A stretch of DNA of 64,000 nt, from sequence record NC_054927.1. One strand, given 5' to 3'. Positions 11,276 to 21,124 of the stretch are shown in pieces (positions within the stretch are counted from its first letter, which is position 1; each line of letters opens with the position of its first letter). A model generated the notes under the pieces. It worked only from the letters and a program-made list of their open reading frames with translations, was not told where the DNA came from and made no database searches. The translations under genes were made by a program, and so were the position numbers. Source of the stretch: Escherichia phage vB_EcoM_Ozark.

Positions 11276-12406
11276 TTATGGATAGGTATAGATGATACCA
11301 GTTTCTAAAGCAGTTTTATGAATGATGTATCCATTACGCGATTCTTGAACATCAACTTCTGGATAGTCTTTCATCATCTTCTGAAGAGTGTAACGATGCA
11401 AGTAGTACTTACTATCTGGATCGTCAGTTTTCCAATCTTTACCTTCTTCGGTCATTTTTTGGATTTCATCCATAACCCACCAACCGCACCAGATGTAAGC
11501 TGAAGTACGATGTGGAAGAGGATGAACATAAGGTAATTCACCTTCTGGTTCTGGAGCAACTTTATCAGTTACCTGAACTTGACCTGTTGCTGTAATAGTT
11601 TTGCTATCATAATCAGCAGCAGTAACAGTTGCAGTAACTTCAATAGTTTGACTTCCAACAGATGAAGTATCAACGGTATATACATTAGTTGACCCTTCTA
11701 CAGGAGAAGAATCTTTCTTCCATGAATAAGTAATTTGCGCTTCTTCTGGAGCATCAGTAACATTAGCAGTAAATGTAGCCGAAGCATCTTGCTGAACGTT
11801 AATAGAAGGAGGAGTCAATGTAACCTGTGGATTCATTGTCTTCTTATTAACCGTTAATGATACTTCATTAGAAGTAACTTCCTTTGCATCATAATCAGCC
11901 GCGGTTACTTGGGCTACGCATTTAATTCTTTTTACTCCACTTGTAGTTGGAGTATAGCTAAATGTAGAGTTAGTTTCTCCACCAACTTGTGAATCATCTA
12001 CATACCACTGATACGTAGCAGACGCTCCAACGGGTTGAGAAGCTAAGGCAGCGGTAAATTCAACAGCTGTTCCAATCACTCCAGCAGCAGGACTATCAGG
12101 AGTTACTGCCAAGGTAGTCGTTTGTGTCTTATTTTGAACTGTGATAGTTGTTGTCGCTTCAGCCGTTTCCGGGCCTCCTTCAGAAAGTGTATTTGTTGCA
12201 ACTACTTTAATAGTCTTTTGACCGGCAGGTCCTTTTAGTACATAACTAAAAGTTGCTTCAGCTCCATCTTGTGGAGCATCATCTACAATCCAAGCATATG
12301 TAATAGTTCCGCCTCCAGTTTCACCACTGGGTGTAGCAGTAAACTGCTGAGTCTGATCTATAACTCCAGTAGGTGTTTTAGGAGTTATATCAACTGTAAA
12401 AGCCAT
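11276..12406 (-). CDS. hoc: highly antigenic outer capsid protein with tandem Ig-like domains
   Basis: 376-aa ORF with repeated TY(x)W(x)VDD motifs typical of Hoc Ig-like repeats; T4-sized. Confidence 0.88.
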   Translation of the reverse strand: MAFTVDITPKTPTGVIDQTQQFTATPSGETGGGTITYAWIVDDAPQDGAEATFSYVLKGPAGQKTIKVVATNTLSEGGPETAEATTTITVQNKTQTTTLAVTPDSPAAGVIGTAVEFTAALASQPVGASATYQWYVDDSQVGGETNSTFSYTPTTSGVKRIKCVAQVTAADYDAKEVTSNEVSLTVNKKTMNPQVTLTPPSINVQQDASATFTANVTDAPEEAQITYSWKKDSSPVEGSTNVYTVDTSSVGSQTIEVTATVTAADYDSKTITATGQVQVTDKVAPEPEGELPYVHPLPHRTSAYIWCGWWVMDEIQKMTEEGKDWKTDDPDSKYYLHRYTLQKMMKDYPEVDVQESRNGYIIHKTALETGIIYTYP

Positions 12407-12415
12407 AAGTTATCC

Positions 12416-13096
12416 TTATTTTAATGTTACGAAAGAAGAATTGCGTGTTTCACGAATTAAAACTGATCCGTCACGGTTAATGTAATAAATTAAGCTAAAT
12501 AAAGTTTGGTGTGCTGACGCATGCTCAAAACTTGTTGGGTGAGATTTCCAATCCGGAGTTTCAGCAATCCATTGATAAATCCACCAAGGAACAGTGCAGA
12601 ATCCTGGATTTTTTCCAATCAGCTGAAGATTCGGACTAAAGTTTTCCGGAAGAGTAAATACAGACGGCTTTTCAGATTCAATAATCTCAGCTACAGCTTG
12701 TTCGAATTTTTCTTCAACAAAAGGAGTATCTTCAATCAAAACATCGGTATTTTCAGGAATTTTATCCTTTTCTACTACTTCAATTTTAATGTCAGATTTA
12801 ACCGGAGAATCAATCAAAAGTGCTGCTTCTGGATTGACTTCTTCATCGTCATATTTTAATCCCTCTGCGGCATCAGCAGCATCAATTAAGTCTTTAATAG
12901 ATAACCCATCAGTCTCTGGCATAGGTTCACTAGCGAGCTTCTGGAGGGCTTCTTCAATATCAACAACGATATTATCAAAAGATTTATTCTTTTTGACCTT
13001 TATACCAAACTGTTCAGCGTATTCAGCTAATTTAGCTTTAGCTTCTTTATTATCATCAAGAGCCTTCAGCTCTGCAATATAATCTTTATCTATCAT
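12416..13096 (-). CDS. inh: head assembly protein, inhibitor of prohead protease
   Basis: 226-aa ORF immediately upstream of hoc, as in T4. Confidence 0.7.
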   Translation of the reverse strand: MIDKDYIAELKALDDNKEAKAKLAEYAEQFGIKVKKNKSFDNIVVDIEEALQKLASEPMPETDGLSIKDLIDAADAAEGLKYDDEEVNPEAALLIDSPVKSDIKIEVVEKDKIPENTDVLIEDTPFVEEKFEQAVAEIIESEKPSVFTLPENFSPNLQLIGKNPGFCTVPWWIYQWIAETPDWKSHPTSFEHASAHQTLFSLIYYINRDGSVLIRETRNSSFVTLK

Positions 13097-13109
13097 AATA
13101 TTTCCTCAG

Positions 13110-13117
13110 TATAAATA
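13110..13117 (+). promoter_or_regulatory. late promoter motif upstream of uvsW
   Basis: TATAAATA 30 nt upstream of the uvsW ATG. Confidence 0.5.
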
Positions 13118-13146
13118 TAGATATATTTATTACATGGTATTTAGAC

Positions 13147-14658
13147 ATGACTGACATTAAAGTACATTTTTATGATTTTAGTCACGTGAGAATTGATTGT
13201 GAAGAAAGTACATTTCATGAACTCCGTGATTTCTTTAGCTTTGAAGCTGATGGGTATCGTTTTAATCCGAAATACAAATATGGCCACTGGGATGGACGAA
13301 TCCGTCTTTTAGATTATAATCGTCTTCTTCCATTCGGCTTAGTCGGGCAAATTAAAAAGTTCTGTGATAACTTTGGCTATAAAGCCTGGATTGACCCACA
13401 AATTAACGAAAAAGAAGAATTATCAAGAAAAGATTTTGATGAATGGCTTTCTAAATTAGAAATCTATTCAGGAAATAAAAGAATTGAACCACACTGGTAT
13501 CAAAAAGATGCAGTGTTCGAAGGATTAGTTAATCGTCGTAGAATTCTTAATCTTCCAACATCCGCAGGTAAATCGTTAATTCAAGCTTTGCTTGCGCGAT
13601 ATTATTTGGAAAATTATGAAGGTAAAATTCTTATCATTGTTCCAACAACTGCCTTAACAACTCAGATGGCTGATGACTTTGTTGACTATCGTTTATTCAG
13701 TCATGCAATGATAAAGAAAATTGGTGGCGGAGCATCAAAAGATGATAAATATAAAAATGATGCACCAGTCGTTGTTGGTACATGGCAAACTGTAGTTAAA
13801 CAACCGAAAGAGTGGTTCTCCCAATTTGGAATGATGATGAATGATGAATGTCATCTTGCTACAGGAAAAAGTATTTCATCTATCATATCAGGTTTAAATA
13901 ACTGCATGTTCAAATTTGGTCTATCTGGTTCATTACGTGATGGCAAAGCCAATATCATGCAGTATGTTGGAATGTTTGGTGAAATATTTAAGCCAGTAAC
14001 GACTTCTAAATTAATGGAAGATGGACAAGTAACTGAGCTAAAAATTAATAGTATTTTTCTTCGCTATCCCGATGAGTTTACTACTAAATTAAAGGGAAAA
14101 ACTTACCAAGAAGAAATAAAAATTATTACTGGGCTTAGTAAAAGAAATAAATGGATCGCTAAATTAGCTATTAAGCTTGCACAAAAAGATGAAAACGCTT
14201 TTGTCATGTTTAAACATGTATCACATGGTAAAGCTATTTTCGATTTAATTAAAAATGAATACGATAAAGTTTATTACGTATCAGGGGAAGTTGATACCGA
14301 AACTCGAAACATAATGAAAACCTTAGCTGAAAACGGTAAAGGAATAATTATAGTAGCTAGTTATGGTGTATTTTCTACTGGTATTTCAGTTAAAAATCTG
14401 CATCATGTTGTTTTAGCGCACGGTGTTAAATCTAAAATTATTGTATTGCAAACAATAGGTCGTGTATTACGTAAGCATGGTTCTAAAACAATCGCAACGG
14501 TCTGGGACCTCATTGATGATTGCGGTGTTAAGCCAAAATCTGCTAATACAAAAAAGAAATATGTTCATTTGAACTATCTTTTAAAACACGGCATTGATCG
14601 TATTCAGCGCTACGCAGATGAAAAATTTAATTACGTAATGAAAACAGTTAATTTATAA
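13147..14658 (+). CDS. uvsW: UvsW SF2 DNA helicase (recombination and repair)
   Basis: 503-aa ORF with Walker A (LPTSAGKS) and DECH box (MNDECH) motifs. Confidence 0.9.
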   Translation: MTDIKVHFYDFSHVRIDCEESTFHELRDFFSFEADGYRFNPKYKYGHWDGRIRLLDYNRLLPFGLVGQIKKFCDNFGYKAWIDPQINEKEELSRKDFDEWLSKLEIYSGNKRIEPHWYQKDAVFEGLVNRRRILNLPTSAGKSLIQALLARYYLENYEGKILIIVPTTALTTQMADDFVDYRLFSHAMIKKIGGGASKDDKYKNDAPVVVGTWQTVVKQPKEWFSQFGMMMNDECHLATGKSISSIISGLNNCMFKFGLSGSLRDGKANIMQYVGMFGEIFKPVTTSKLMEDGQVTELKINSIFLRYPDEFTTKLKGKTYQEEIKIITGLSKRNKWIAKLAIKLAQKDENAFVMFKHVSHGKAIFDLIKNEYDKVYYVSGEVDTETRNIMKTLAENGKGIIIVASYGVFSTGISVKNLHHVVLAHGVKSKIIVLQTIGRVLRKHGSKTIATVWDLIDDCGVKPKSANTKKKYVHLNYLLKHGIDRIQRYADEKFNYVMKTVNL

Positions 14659-14670
14659 GGGCTTCGGCCC
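14659..14670 (+). terminator. tetraloop hairpin between uvsW and uvsW.1
   Basis: GGGC-UUCG-GCCC directly after the uvsW stop. Confidence 0.45.
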
Positions 14671-14683
14671 TTTGGAGAAAAAG

Positions 14684-14914
14684 ATGTTACTAGAATTTAA
14701 ACAATTTCTTTATGAAGCTTCTATTGATGAATTTATGGGTAAAATTGCCTCTTGTCAAACATTAGAAGGTTTAGAAGAACTTGAAGCTTATTATAAGAAA
14801 AGAGTCAAAGAAACTGAATTAAAAGATACTGATGACATCTCAGTCAGAGATGCTTTGGCAGGAAAAAGAGCTGAATTAGAAGATTCAGACGATGAAGTAG
14901 AAGAAAGCTTTTAA
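14684..14914 (+). CDS. uvsW.1: small acidic protein UvsW.1
   Basis: 76 codons from the ATG at 14684 with GGAG SD; the track ORF starts at an upstream TTG. Confidence 0.65.
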   Translation: MLLEFKQFLYEASIDEFMGKIASCQTLEGLEELEAYYKKRVKETELKDTDDISVRDALAGKRAELEDSDDEVEESF

Positions 14915-14969
14915 ATTAAAAAAGGCCCAACCAAAAAGGAAGGGCCAAAACTATAGACTAAAGGTCACA

Positions 14970-15137
14970 CTATAGCAAAAGTTGTGTTTCATTTAATTGT
15001 TCTTCCGAACTTTCTGAAACTGGTAGTTCTTTAATGTAATTATAGCAAGGCCCAGGATGTACAGGACCTTTGTCTGTTTCAACAACCAATGCAGAATCGA
15101 TTGGAGTTTTACAGACAACACAAATCTTATCTGACAT
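14970..15137 (-). CDS. uvsY.-2: small Cys-containing protein (uvsY.-2-like), absent from the ORF track
   Basis: Hand-translated 55-codon ORF MSDKICVVCKTPIDSALVVETDKGPVHPGPCYNY... with AGGAG SD upstream of the ATG at 15137. Confidence 0.5.
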   Translation of the reverse strand: MSDKICVVCKTPIDSALVVETDKGPVHPGPCYNYIKELPVSESSEEQLNETQLLL

Positions 15138-15165
15138 GATTGTCTCCTCTGAATTATATATCTAT

Positions 15166-15390
15166 TTATACAACTCTCATATGCATATCAATGCCCATAT
15201 CTTTAGAATAAAAATATTCATCAAGATATCCGGCAAATTTTCCTTTAATATAAAGGACATCTTCACCACACGGATGGTCGGCCAGGATACGAATATCCTG
15301 ACGCTTAAGATTATGCTTTTTCATTAAGAATTGAATTTCCGTTTCAAATTCTTCTTCATAATTAAAAGCATCATCAATGCTATATCTCAT
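15166..15390 (-). CDS. uvsY.-1: hypothetical protein UvsY.-1
   Basis: 74-aa ORF translationally coupled to the uvsY stop. Confidence 0.55.
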   Translation of the reverse strand: MRYSIDDAFNYEEEFETEIQFLMKKHNLKRQDIRILADHPCGEDVLYIKGKFAGYLDEYFYSKDMGIDMHMRVV

Positions 15391-15803
15391 TATTTTCCAG
15401 CCTCAAATGCCCGCATGTCTTGAATATGCTTAATAGCAAATCCGCGTGATTTGATAGCATCAAGAGCTCCACTACAGAAATCTAATAAAATCCCCCAATA
15501 CTGTAGCGAGGTATCAACCTTTAAAACATCCTTATCAGCTGATAGAACTGTTTTCATTTCTGATTTCTCGTAACGATCCATACTAAATTCATCACCATCT
15601 CCTCGTCCCGAGTAGTAGTCTAATTTAGCTTTAAGAGCAACTTTTTTCTGTGCATCAATTCTAAGCATTTCCTTTTTAATACTTGAATGCTTATTAAGCC
15701 ATTTACTATATAACATCACATTATTAGCTGCTTCATACTGTAATTTAGTCGAATCTATAAACACATCTTTCTTCAATTCTTCTTGAAGATCTTCTAATCT
15801 CAT
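15390..15803 (-). CDS. uvsY: recombination mediator protein UvsY
   Basis: 137-aa ORF starting MRLEDLQEELKKDVF; T4-sized. Confidence 0.9.
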   Translation of the reverse strand: MRLEDLQEELKKDVFIDSTKLQYEAANNVMLYSKWLNKHSSIKKEMLRIDAQKKVALKAKLDYYSGRGDGDEFSMDRYEKSEMKTVLSADKDVLKVDTSLQYWGILLDFCSGALDAIKSRGFAIKHIQDMRAFEAGK

Positions 15804-15844
15804 ATTGTTCTCTATTCAATTGTTATTGGATGGACTTAGATTCA

Positions 15845-15872
15845 TTATACCACGTTTATACGTGAAGCATTA
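15845..15872 (-). promoter_or_regulatory. middle (MotA-dependent) promoter candidate for uvsY
   Basis: Minus-strand AATGCTTCA MotA-box-like element 13 nt upstream of a TATAAT -10. Confidence 0.45.
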
Positions 15873-16268
15873 TACTCTATTACTAGAAGCCAATTGCAGT
15901 TTTATCTGCTCAATATCATCAGGGTTATCGATGACCGAAAAGCGTATTTCTACTATCAGAGTATAATCATCATAAACGGGTATCACATTAACTGCTAATT
16001 TATCAATACGTGGCTCATAGTTTCTTACTGCGCTTTCGATATTGCGCTCAACCGTGTCAGCAGTAAGAGGAGTCATATTTTCAAAAAGCTGGTCTGATAA
16101 ATCACATCCAAATTCAGGGTCAAACGGTCTTGAACCTTTTCTTGTTGTAATAATTCCTAAAAGGCTATTTTTAATTGACCTTAATCCAAGAGATCTGGAA
16201 ACGTCTTTGTCCCAGTCCATTTTCATTTCTGGGTCAATGTCAGAATAAAGCTTATTAATATTTGCCAT
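15870..16268 (-). CDS. 25: baseplate wedge protein
   Basis: 132-aa ORF; T4-sized gp25. Confidence 0.88.
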   Translation of the reverse strand: MANINKLYSDIDPEMKMDWDKDVSRSLGLRSIKNSLLGIITTRKGSRPFDPEFGCDLSDQLFENMTPLTADTVERNIESAVRNYEPRIDKLAVNVIPVYDDYTLIVEIRFSVIDNPDDIEQIKLQLASSNRV

Positions 16269-16894
16269 TATAATAACTCAAAGAACTCTTTGAGGCCTCT
16301 TATTACATGAGCATGGGTTTTTCCACACTCTGGACATTTAATTGGAACAGCCAAATAAACGGTAGGCTTTAAAAGCATATCTTTTATAGCTACAATATCT
16401 GACTCTGTGATGATAGAATATAAATCTTCCAACTCTTTTTCATTTAAGTCTTCAATTGGAATGCTTTCCCCGTTAGCATGAATCGTTTCTATACATGATA
16501 CTATCATATGGGCTATATTTTTATCATCAAAAATTTTGGGGTAATGGAACTTAATTTTAATGTCACCTAGTGTATACCAGAGGTCTTCTGGTGCATCTAT
16601 TTGTGTATGTAATAGATTTATATGGGTTGGTATTTCAGTTCCACAGGTGCACTTCCAGGAGTTTTCGTGATTAACTTCACCAAGAGAATGTGCCCATAAA
16701 TGAATCAGCAATAGTTCTGATTCTTGACGGTTTAAATCTTTTGCATTTGTGCAGTCTTTGATTAGCTTTTTAACAATTACTTCTACAGAACCATTATTTT
16801 TTGCAGTAATAAGTTCTAGATATTCTTTAAGCGTGAATGCGCGACAATTGATTATTTTAGAACCAACTCTCACATCAAATTTGTATTCATACAT
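16268..16894 (-). CDS. 26: baseplate hub protein
   Basis: 208-aa ORF with AGGAG SD; T4-sized gp26. Confidence 0.85.
   Translation of the reverse strand: MYEYKFDVRVGSKIINCRAFTLKEYLELITAKNNGSVEVIVKKLIKDCTNAKDLNRQESELLLIHLWAHSLGEVNHENSWKCTCGTEIPTHINLLHTQIDAPEDLWYTLGDIKIKFHYPKIFDDKNIAHMIVSCIETIHANGESIPIEDLNEKELEDLYSIITESDIVAIKDMLLKPTVYLAVPIKCPECGKTHAHVIRGLKEFFELL
16277..16299 (-). promoter_or_regulatory. split Shine-Dalgarno: GAGG, then 18-nt hairpin, then AUG of gene 25
   Basis: Minus strand reads GAGG-C-CUCAAAG-AGUU-CUUUGAG-UUAUUAUA-AUG. Confidence 0.5.
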
Positions 16895-16915
16895 ATTTAG
16901 CTCCTTTATTTATCA

Positions 16916-16923
16916 TATTTATA
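16916..16923 (-). promoter_or_regulatory. late promoter motif for gene 26
   Basis: Plus-strand TATTTATA is TATAAATA on the minus strand, 22 nt upstream of the gene 26 ATG. Confidence 0.5.
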
Positions 16924-16927
16924 AATA
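16920..16927 (+). promoter_or_regulatory. late promoter motif for gene 51
   Basis: TATAAATA 17 nt upstream of the gene 51 ATG; overlaps the gene 26 motif by 4 bp. Confidence 0.55.
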
Positions 16928-16944
16928 GAATAAAAGGAGCATCT

Positions 16945-17694
16945 ATGGCAAACATTATTCGTTGTAAATTACCAGATGGTGTTCATCGTTTTAAACCATT
17001 TACGGTAGAAGATTATCGAGATTTTTTGTTAGTTCGAAACGATATAGAACATCGGTCACCACAAGAACAAAAAGAAGTAATTGCTGATTTAATTGCTGAT
17101 TATTTTGGAGACTATCCGAAGACTTGGCAACCATTTATATTTTTGCAGGTATTTGTAGGGTCAATAGGTAAAACTAAAGTACCGGTCACATTTGTATGTC
17201 CAAAATGTAAAAAAGAAAAGACAGTTCCATTTGAAATATATCAAAAAGAATTAAAGGAACCTGTTTTTGATGTAGCTAATGTTAAAATTAAATTAAAGTT
17301 TCCTTCTGAGTTTTATGAAAATAAAGCAAAGATGATTACTGAAAATATTCATTCTGTTCAAGTAGATGAAATATGGTATGATTGGAAGGAAATTAGTGAA
17401 TCAAGTCAAATAGAACTTGTTGACGCCATCGAGATAGAAACATTAGAAAAAATTCTCGATGCAATGAATCCTATTAATTTAACGCTACACATGTCATGCT
17501 GTGATAAGTATGTAAAAAAATACACTGATATAGTAGATGTGTTTAAGCTATTAGTTAACCCAGATGAGATATTTACTTTTTATCAAATTAATCACACACT
17601 CGTAAAAAGTAATTATAGTTTAAATTCAATAATGAAAATGATTCCTGCCGAGCGCGGATTCGTATTAAAACTGATTGAGAAGGATAAACAATAA
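16945..17694 (+). CDS. 51: baseplate hub assembly protein
   Basis: 249-aa ORF with paired CxxC motifs; T4-sized gp51. Confidence 0.85.
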   Translation: MANIIRCKLPDGVHRFKPFTVEDYRDFLLVRNDIEHRSPQEQKEVIADLIADYFGDYPKTWQPFIFLQVFVGSIGKTKVPVTFVCPKCKKEKTVPFEIYQKELKEPVFDVANVKIKLKFPSEFYENKAKMITENIHSVQVDEIWYDWKEISESSQIELVDAIEIETLEKILDAMNPINLTLHMSCCDKYVKKYTDIVDVFKLLVNPDEIFTFYQINHTLVKSNYSLNSIMKMIPAERGFVLKLIEKDKQ

Positions 17695-18869
17695 TGAGTA
17701 TGTTGCAACGCCCAGGATATCCAAATCTCAGCGTTAAATTGTTTGATAGCTACGACGCTTGGAGTAATAATAGATTTGTTGAATTAGCTGCTACTATTAC
17801 CACATTAACTATGCGGGATTCTCTTTATGGTCGAAATGAAGGAATGCTGCAGTTTTATGATTCTAAAAACATCCATACAAAAATGGATGGAAATGAAATA
17901 ATTCAGATTTCTGTAGCTAATGCAAACGATATTAATAATGTTAAAACAAGAATTTATGGATGTAAGCATTTTTCCGTGTCAGTAGATTCAAAGGGTGATA
18001 ACATCATTGCTATTGAATTGGGAACTATTCATTCTATAGAAAATCTTAAATTTGGCAGACCGTTTTTCCCTGATGCAGGTGAATCTATAAAGGAAATGCT
18101 TGGTGTCATTTATCAAGACCGTACGCTATTGACTCCACCTATAAATGCTATAAATGCTTATGTTCCTGATATTCCGTGGACTAGTACATTTGAAAACTAT
18201 TTGTCATATGTCAGAGAAGTTGCTCTAGCTGTAGGAAGTGACAAATTTGTGTTTGTGTGGCAAGACATCATGGGAGTTAACATGATGGACTATGATATGA
18301 TGATAAATCAAGAACCGTATCCAATGATTGTCGGTGAGCCATCTTTAATAGGTCAATTCATCCAAGAATTAAAATATCCATTAGCATATGATTTCGTTTG
18401 GTTGACTAAATCGAATCCTCACAAACGCGACCCAATGAAAAACGCTACCATCTACGCGCATTCATTTTTAGATTCTTCATTGCCAATGATTACTACAGGA
18501 AAAGGCGAAAACTCTATTGTAGTGTCAAGGTCAGGTGCTTATTCTGAAATGACTTATAGGAATGGATATGAAGAAGCTATTCGTCTTCAAACTATGGCGC
18601 AATACGATGGCTATGCTAAATGTTCTACTGTCGGTAATTTTAACTTGACTCCTGGCGTTAAAATTATTTTTAATGATAGTAAAAACCAATTTAAAACAGA
18701 ATTTTACGTTGATGAAGTCATCCATGAATTATCAAATAATAATTCAGTAACTCATCTATATATGTTCACTAATGCAACGAAACTGGAAACAATAGACCCA
18801 GTTAAGGTTAAAAATGAATTTAAATCTGATACTACCACTGAAGAAAGTAGTTCTTCCAATAAGCAATAA
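17694..18869 (+). CDS. 27: baseplate hub protein
   Basis: 391-aa ORF; T4-sized gp27; TAATG coupling to gene 51. Confidence 0.9.
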   Translation: MSMLQRPGYPNLSVKLFDSYDAWSNNRFVELAATITTLTMRDSLYGRNEGMLQFYDSKNIHTKMDGNEIIQISVANANDINNVKTRIYGCKHFSVSVDSKGDNIIAIELGTIHSIENLKFGRPFFPDAGESIKEMLGVIYQDRTLLTPPINAINAYVPDIPWTSTFENYLSYVREVALAVGSDKFVFVWQDIMGVNMMDYDMMINQEPYPMIVGEPSLIGQFIQELKYPLAYDFVWLTKSNPHKRDPMKNATIYAHSFLDSSLPMITTGKGENSIVVSRSGAYSEMTYRNGYEEAIRLQTMAQYDGYAKCSTVGNFNLTPGVKIIFNDSKNQFKTEFYVDEVIHELSNNNSVTHLYMFTNATKLETIDPVKVKNEFKSDTTTEESSSSNKQ

Positions 18870-19347
18870 AGAAGTTTCTATTCCTAAAATGGGTCTTAAA
18901 CACTATAACATTTTAAAAGATGTTAAAGGTCCTGATGAAAATTTAAAACTTCTTATTGATTCTATTTGTCCGAATTTATCACCGGCAGAAGTTGATTTCG
19001 TTTCTATTCATTTATTGGAATTTAATGGAAAGATTAAATCTCGTAAAGAAATAGATGGTTATACTTATGACATTAATGATGTTTATGTGTGCCAAAGATT
19101 AGAATTTCAATACCAAGGAAATACATTTTATTTTAGACCTCCTGGAAAATTTGAACAATTTTTAACGGTGAGCGATATGTTATCCAAATGCTTGCTTAAG
19201 GTCAATGATGAAGTTAAAGAAATTAATTTTCTTGAGATGCCAGCATTCGTTTTAAAATGGGCAAATGACATTTTTACAACTTTAGCAATTCCTGGCCCTA
19301 ATGGTCCAATAACTGGAATTGGCAATATTATTGGATTATTTGAATGA
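18814..19347 (+). CDS. 28: baseplate hub distal subunit
   Basis: 177-aa ORF overlapping the 3' end of gene 27 in another frame. Confidence 0.8.
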   Translation: MNLNLILPLKKVVLPISNKEVSIPKMGLKHYNILKDVKGPDENLKLLIDSICPNLSPAEVDFVSIHLLEFNGKIKSRKEIDGYTYDINDVYVCQRLEFQYQGNTFYFRPPGKFEQFLTVSDMLSKCLLKVNDEVKEINFLEMPAFVLKWANDIFTTLAIPGPNGPITGIGNIIGLFE

Positions 19348-21116
19348 AAAAGCCACAAGAAATGCAAACAATGCGTAGAAAAGTTATTTCAGATAATAAA
19401 CCAACACAGGAAGCGGCTAAATCCGCTTCCAACACTTTATCTGGACTTAACGATATATCTACGAAATTGGATGATGCTCAAGCTGCTTCTGAGTTAATTG
19501 CTCAAACTGTCGAAGAAAAATCGAATGAAATAATTGGAGCAATTGACAACGTAGAAAACGCAGTGAGTGATACTACTGCTGGTTCTGAGTTAATTGCTGA
19601 AACTGTCGAAATTGGCAATAATATTAATAAAGAAATCGGTGAATCACTCGGGAGCAAATTAGATAAATTAACGAGTTTACTAGAGCAAAAAATTCAGACA
19701 GCCGGAATTCAACAAACAGGAACTAGTTTAGCCACGGTTGAAAGCGCTATTCCTGTTAAAGTTGTTGAGGATGATACAGCTGAATCTGTGGGTCCTTTAT
19801 TACCAGCTCCTGAAGCAGTTAATAATGATCCTGACGCTGATTTTTTCCCTGCCCCTCAGCCAGTTGAACCCAAACAAGAATCACCAGAAGAAAAACAGAA
19901 AAAAGAAGCATTTAACTTAAAATTATCTCAAGCTTTAGATAAATTAACAAAGACAGTTGATTTTGGATTTAAGAAATCCATTTCAATTACTGATAAAATA
20001 TCAAGCATGCTATTTAAGTACACCGTTAGTGCTGCTATTGAAGCTGCTAAAATGACTGCAATGATATTGGCTGTTGTTGTTGGAATAGACCTTTTGATGG
20101 TTCACTTTAAATACTGGTCAGGTAAATTTTCACAAGCCTGGGACTTGTTTAGTGCAAACTTTACTAAATTCTCTAGCGAAACCGGAACATGGGGTCCTTT
20201 ATTACAGAGCATCTTTGGTTCTATTGATAAAATTCAACAATTTTGGGAAAAGGGAGATTGGGGCGGATTGACGGCAGCTATCATAGAAGGACTCGGAAGT
20301 GTTCTTTTTAATTTAGGAGAGCTTATTCAATTAGGCATGGCTAAATTATCTGCTGCAATTCTTCGAGTCATTCCTGGCATGAAAGACACTGCTGATGAAG
20401 TAGAAGGAAGAGCACTGGAAAATTTCCAAAATACTACTGGAGCATCTCTCAATAAAGAAGACCAGGAAAAAGTTGCAAATTATCAGTACAAAAGAATGAA
20501 TGGAGACCTTGGTCCAATAGCAAAAGGATTAGACAAAATTGCGAACTGGAAAACTCGTGCATCTAACTGGATTCGTGGTGTAGATAATAAAGAAGCACTA
20601 ACATCTGATGAAGAGAGAGCAGAGGAAGAAGAAAAATTAAAGCAGCTTTCTCCAGAGGAAGCTAAAATTGCTTTAATGAAAGCTAATGAAGCTCGTGCTG
20701 CTATGAATCGTTTTGAAAAATATGCTGATTCAGCTGATATGAGTAAAGACTCAACGGTTAAATCTGTTGAATCTGCCTATGAAGACCTTAAAAAACGGAT
20801 GGATGACCCGGATTTAAACAATTCACCGGCAGTTAAAAAAGAACTTGCTGCTAGATTTTCTAAAATTGATGCTACTTATCAAGAGCTCAAGAAAAATCAG
20901 CCTAATGCCAAACCTGAAACTTCTGCTAAATCGCCAGAAGCGAAACAGGTCCAAGTTATTGAAAAGAACAAAGCACAGCAAGCTCCTGTTCAGCAAGCAT
21001 CTCCTTCAATCAATAATACTAATAATGTTATTAAGAAAAATACTGTCGTTCATAATATGACACCTGTCACAAGCACAACTGCTCCTGGTGTATTTGATGC
21101 GACTGGAGTTAATTAA
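19344..21116 (+). CDS. 29: tail length tape-measure protein
   Basis: 590-aa ORF, coiled-coil rich; T4-sized gp29. Confidence 0.85.
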   Translation: MKKPQEMQTMRRKVISDNKPTQEAAKSASNTLSGLNDISTKLDDAQAASELIAQTVEEKSNEIIGAIDNVENAVSDTTAGSELIAETVEIGNNINKEIGESLGSKLDKLTSLLEQKIQTAGIQQTGTSLATVESAIPVKVVEDDTAESVGPLLPAPEAVNNDPDADFFPAPQPVEPKQESPEEKQKKEAFNLKLSQALDKLTKTVDFGFKKSISITDKISSMLFKYTVSAAIEAAKMTAMILAVVVGIDLLMVHFKYWSGKFSQAWDLFSANFTKFSSETGTWGPLLQSIFGSIDKIQQFWEKGDWGGLTAAIIEGLGSVLFNLGELIQLGMAKLSAAILRVIPGMKDTADEVEGRALENFQNTTGASLNKEDQEKVANYQYKRMNGDLGPIAKGLDKIANWKTRASNWIRGVDNKEALTSDEERAEEEEKLKQLSPEEAKIALMKANEARAAMNRFEKYADSADMSKDSTVKSVESAYEDLKKRMDDPDLNNSPAVKKELAARFSKIDATYQELKKNQPNAKPETSAKSPEAKQVQVIEKNKAQQAPVQQASPSINNTNNVIKKNTVVHNMTPVTSTTAPGVFDATGVN

Positions 21117-21124
21117 GGAATAAT

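Noticed and set aside
15070-15327. 85-aa plus-strand ORF in the uvsW.1-uvsY interval
   Set aside because: Low-complexity, no SD, and antisense to the better-supported minus-strand uvsY.-2/uvsY.-1 ORFs.
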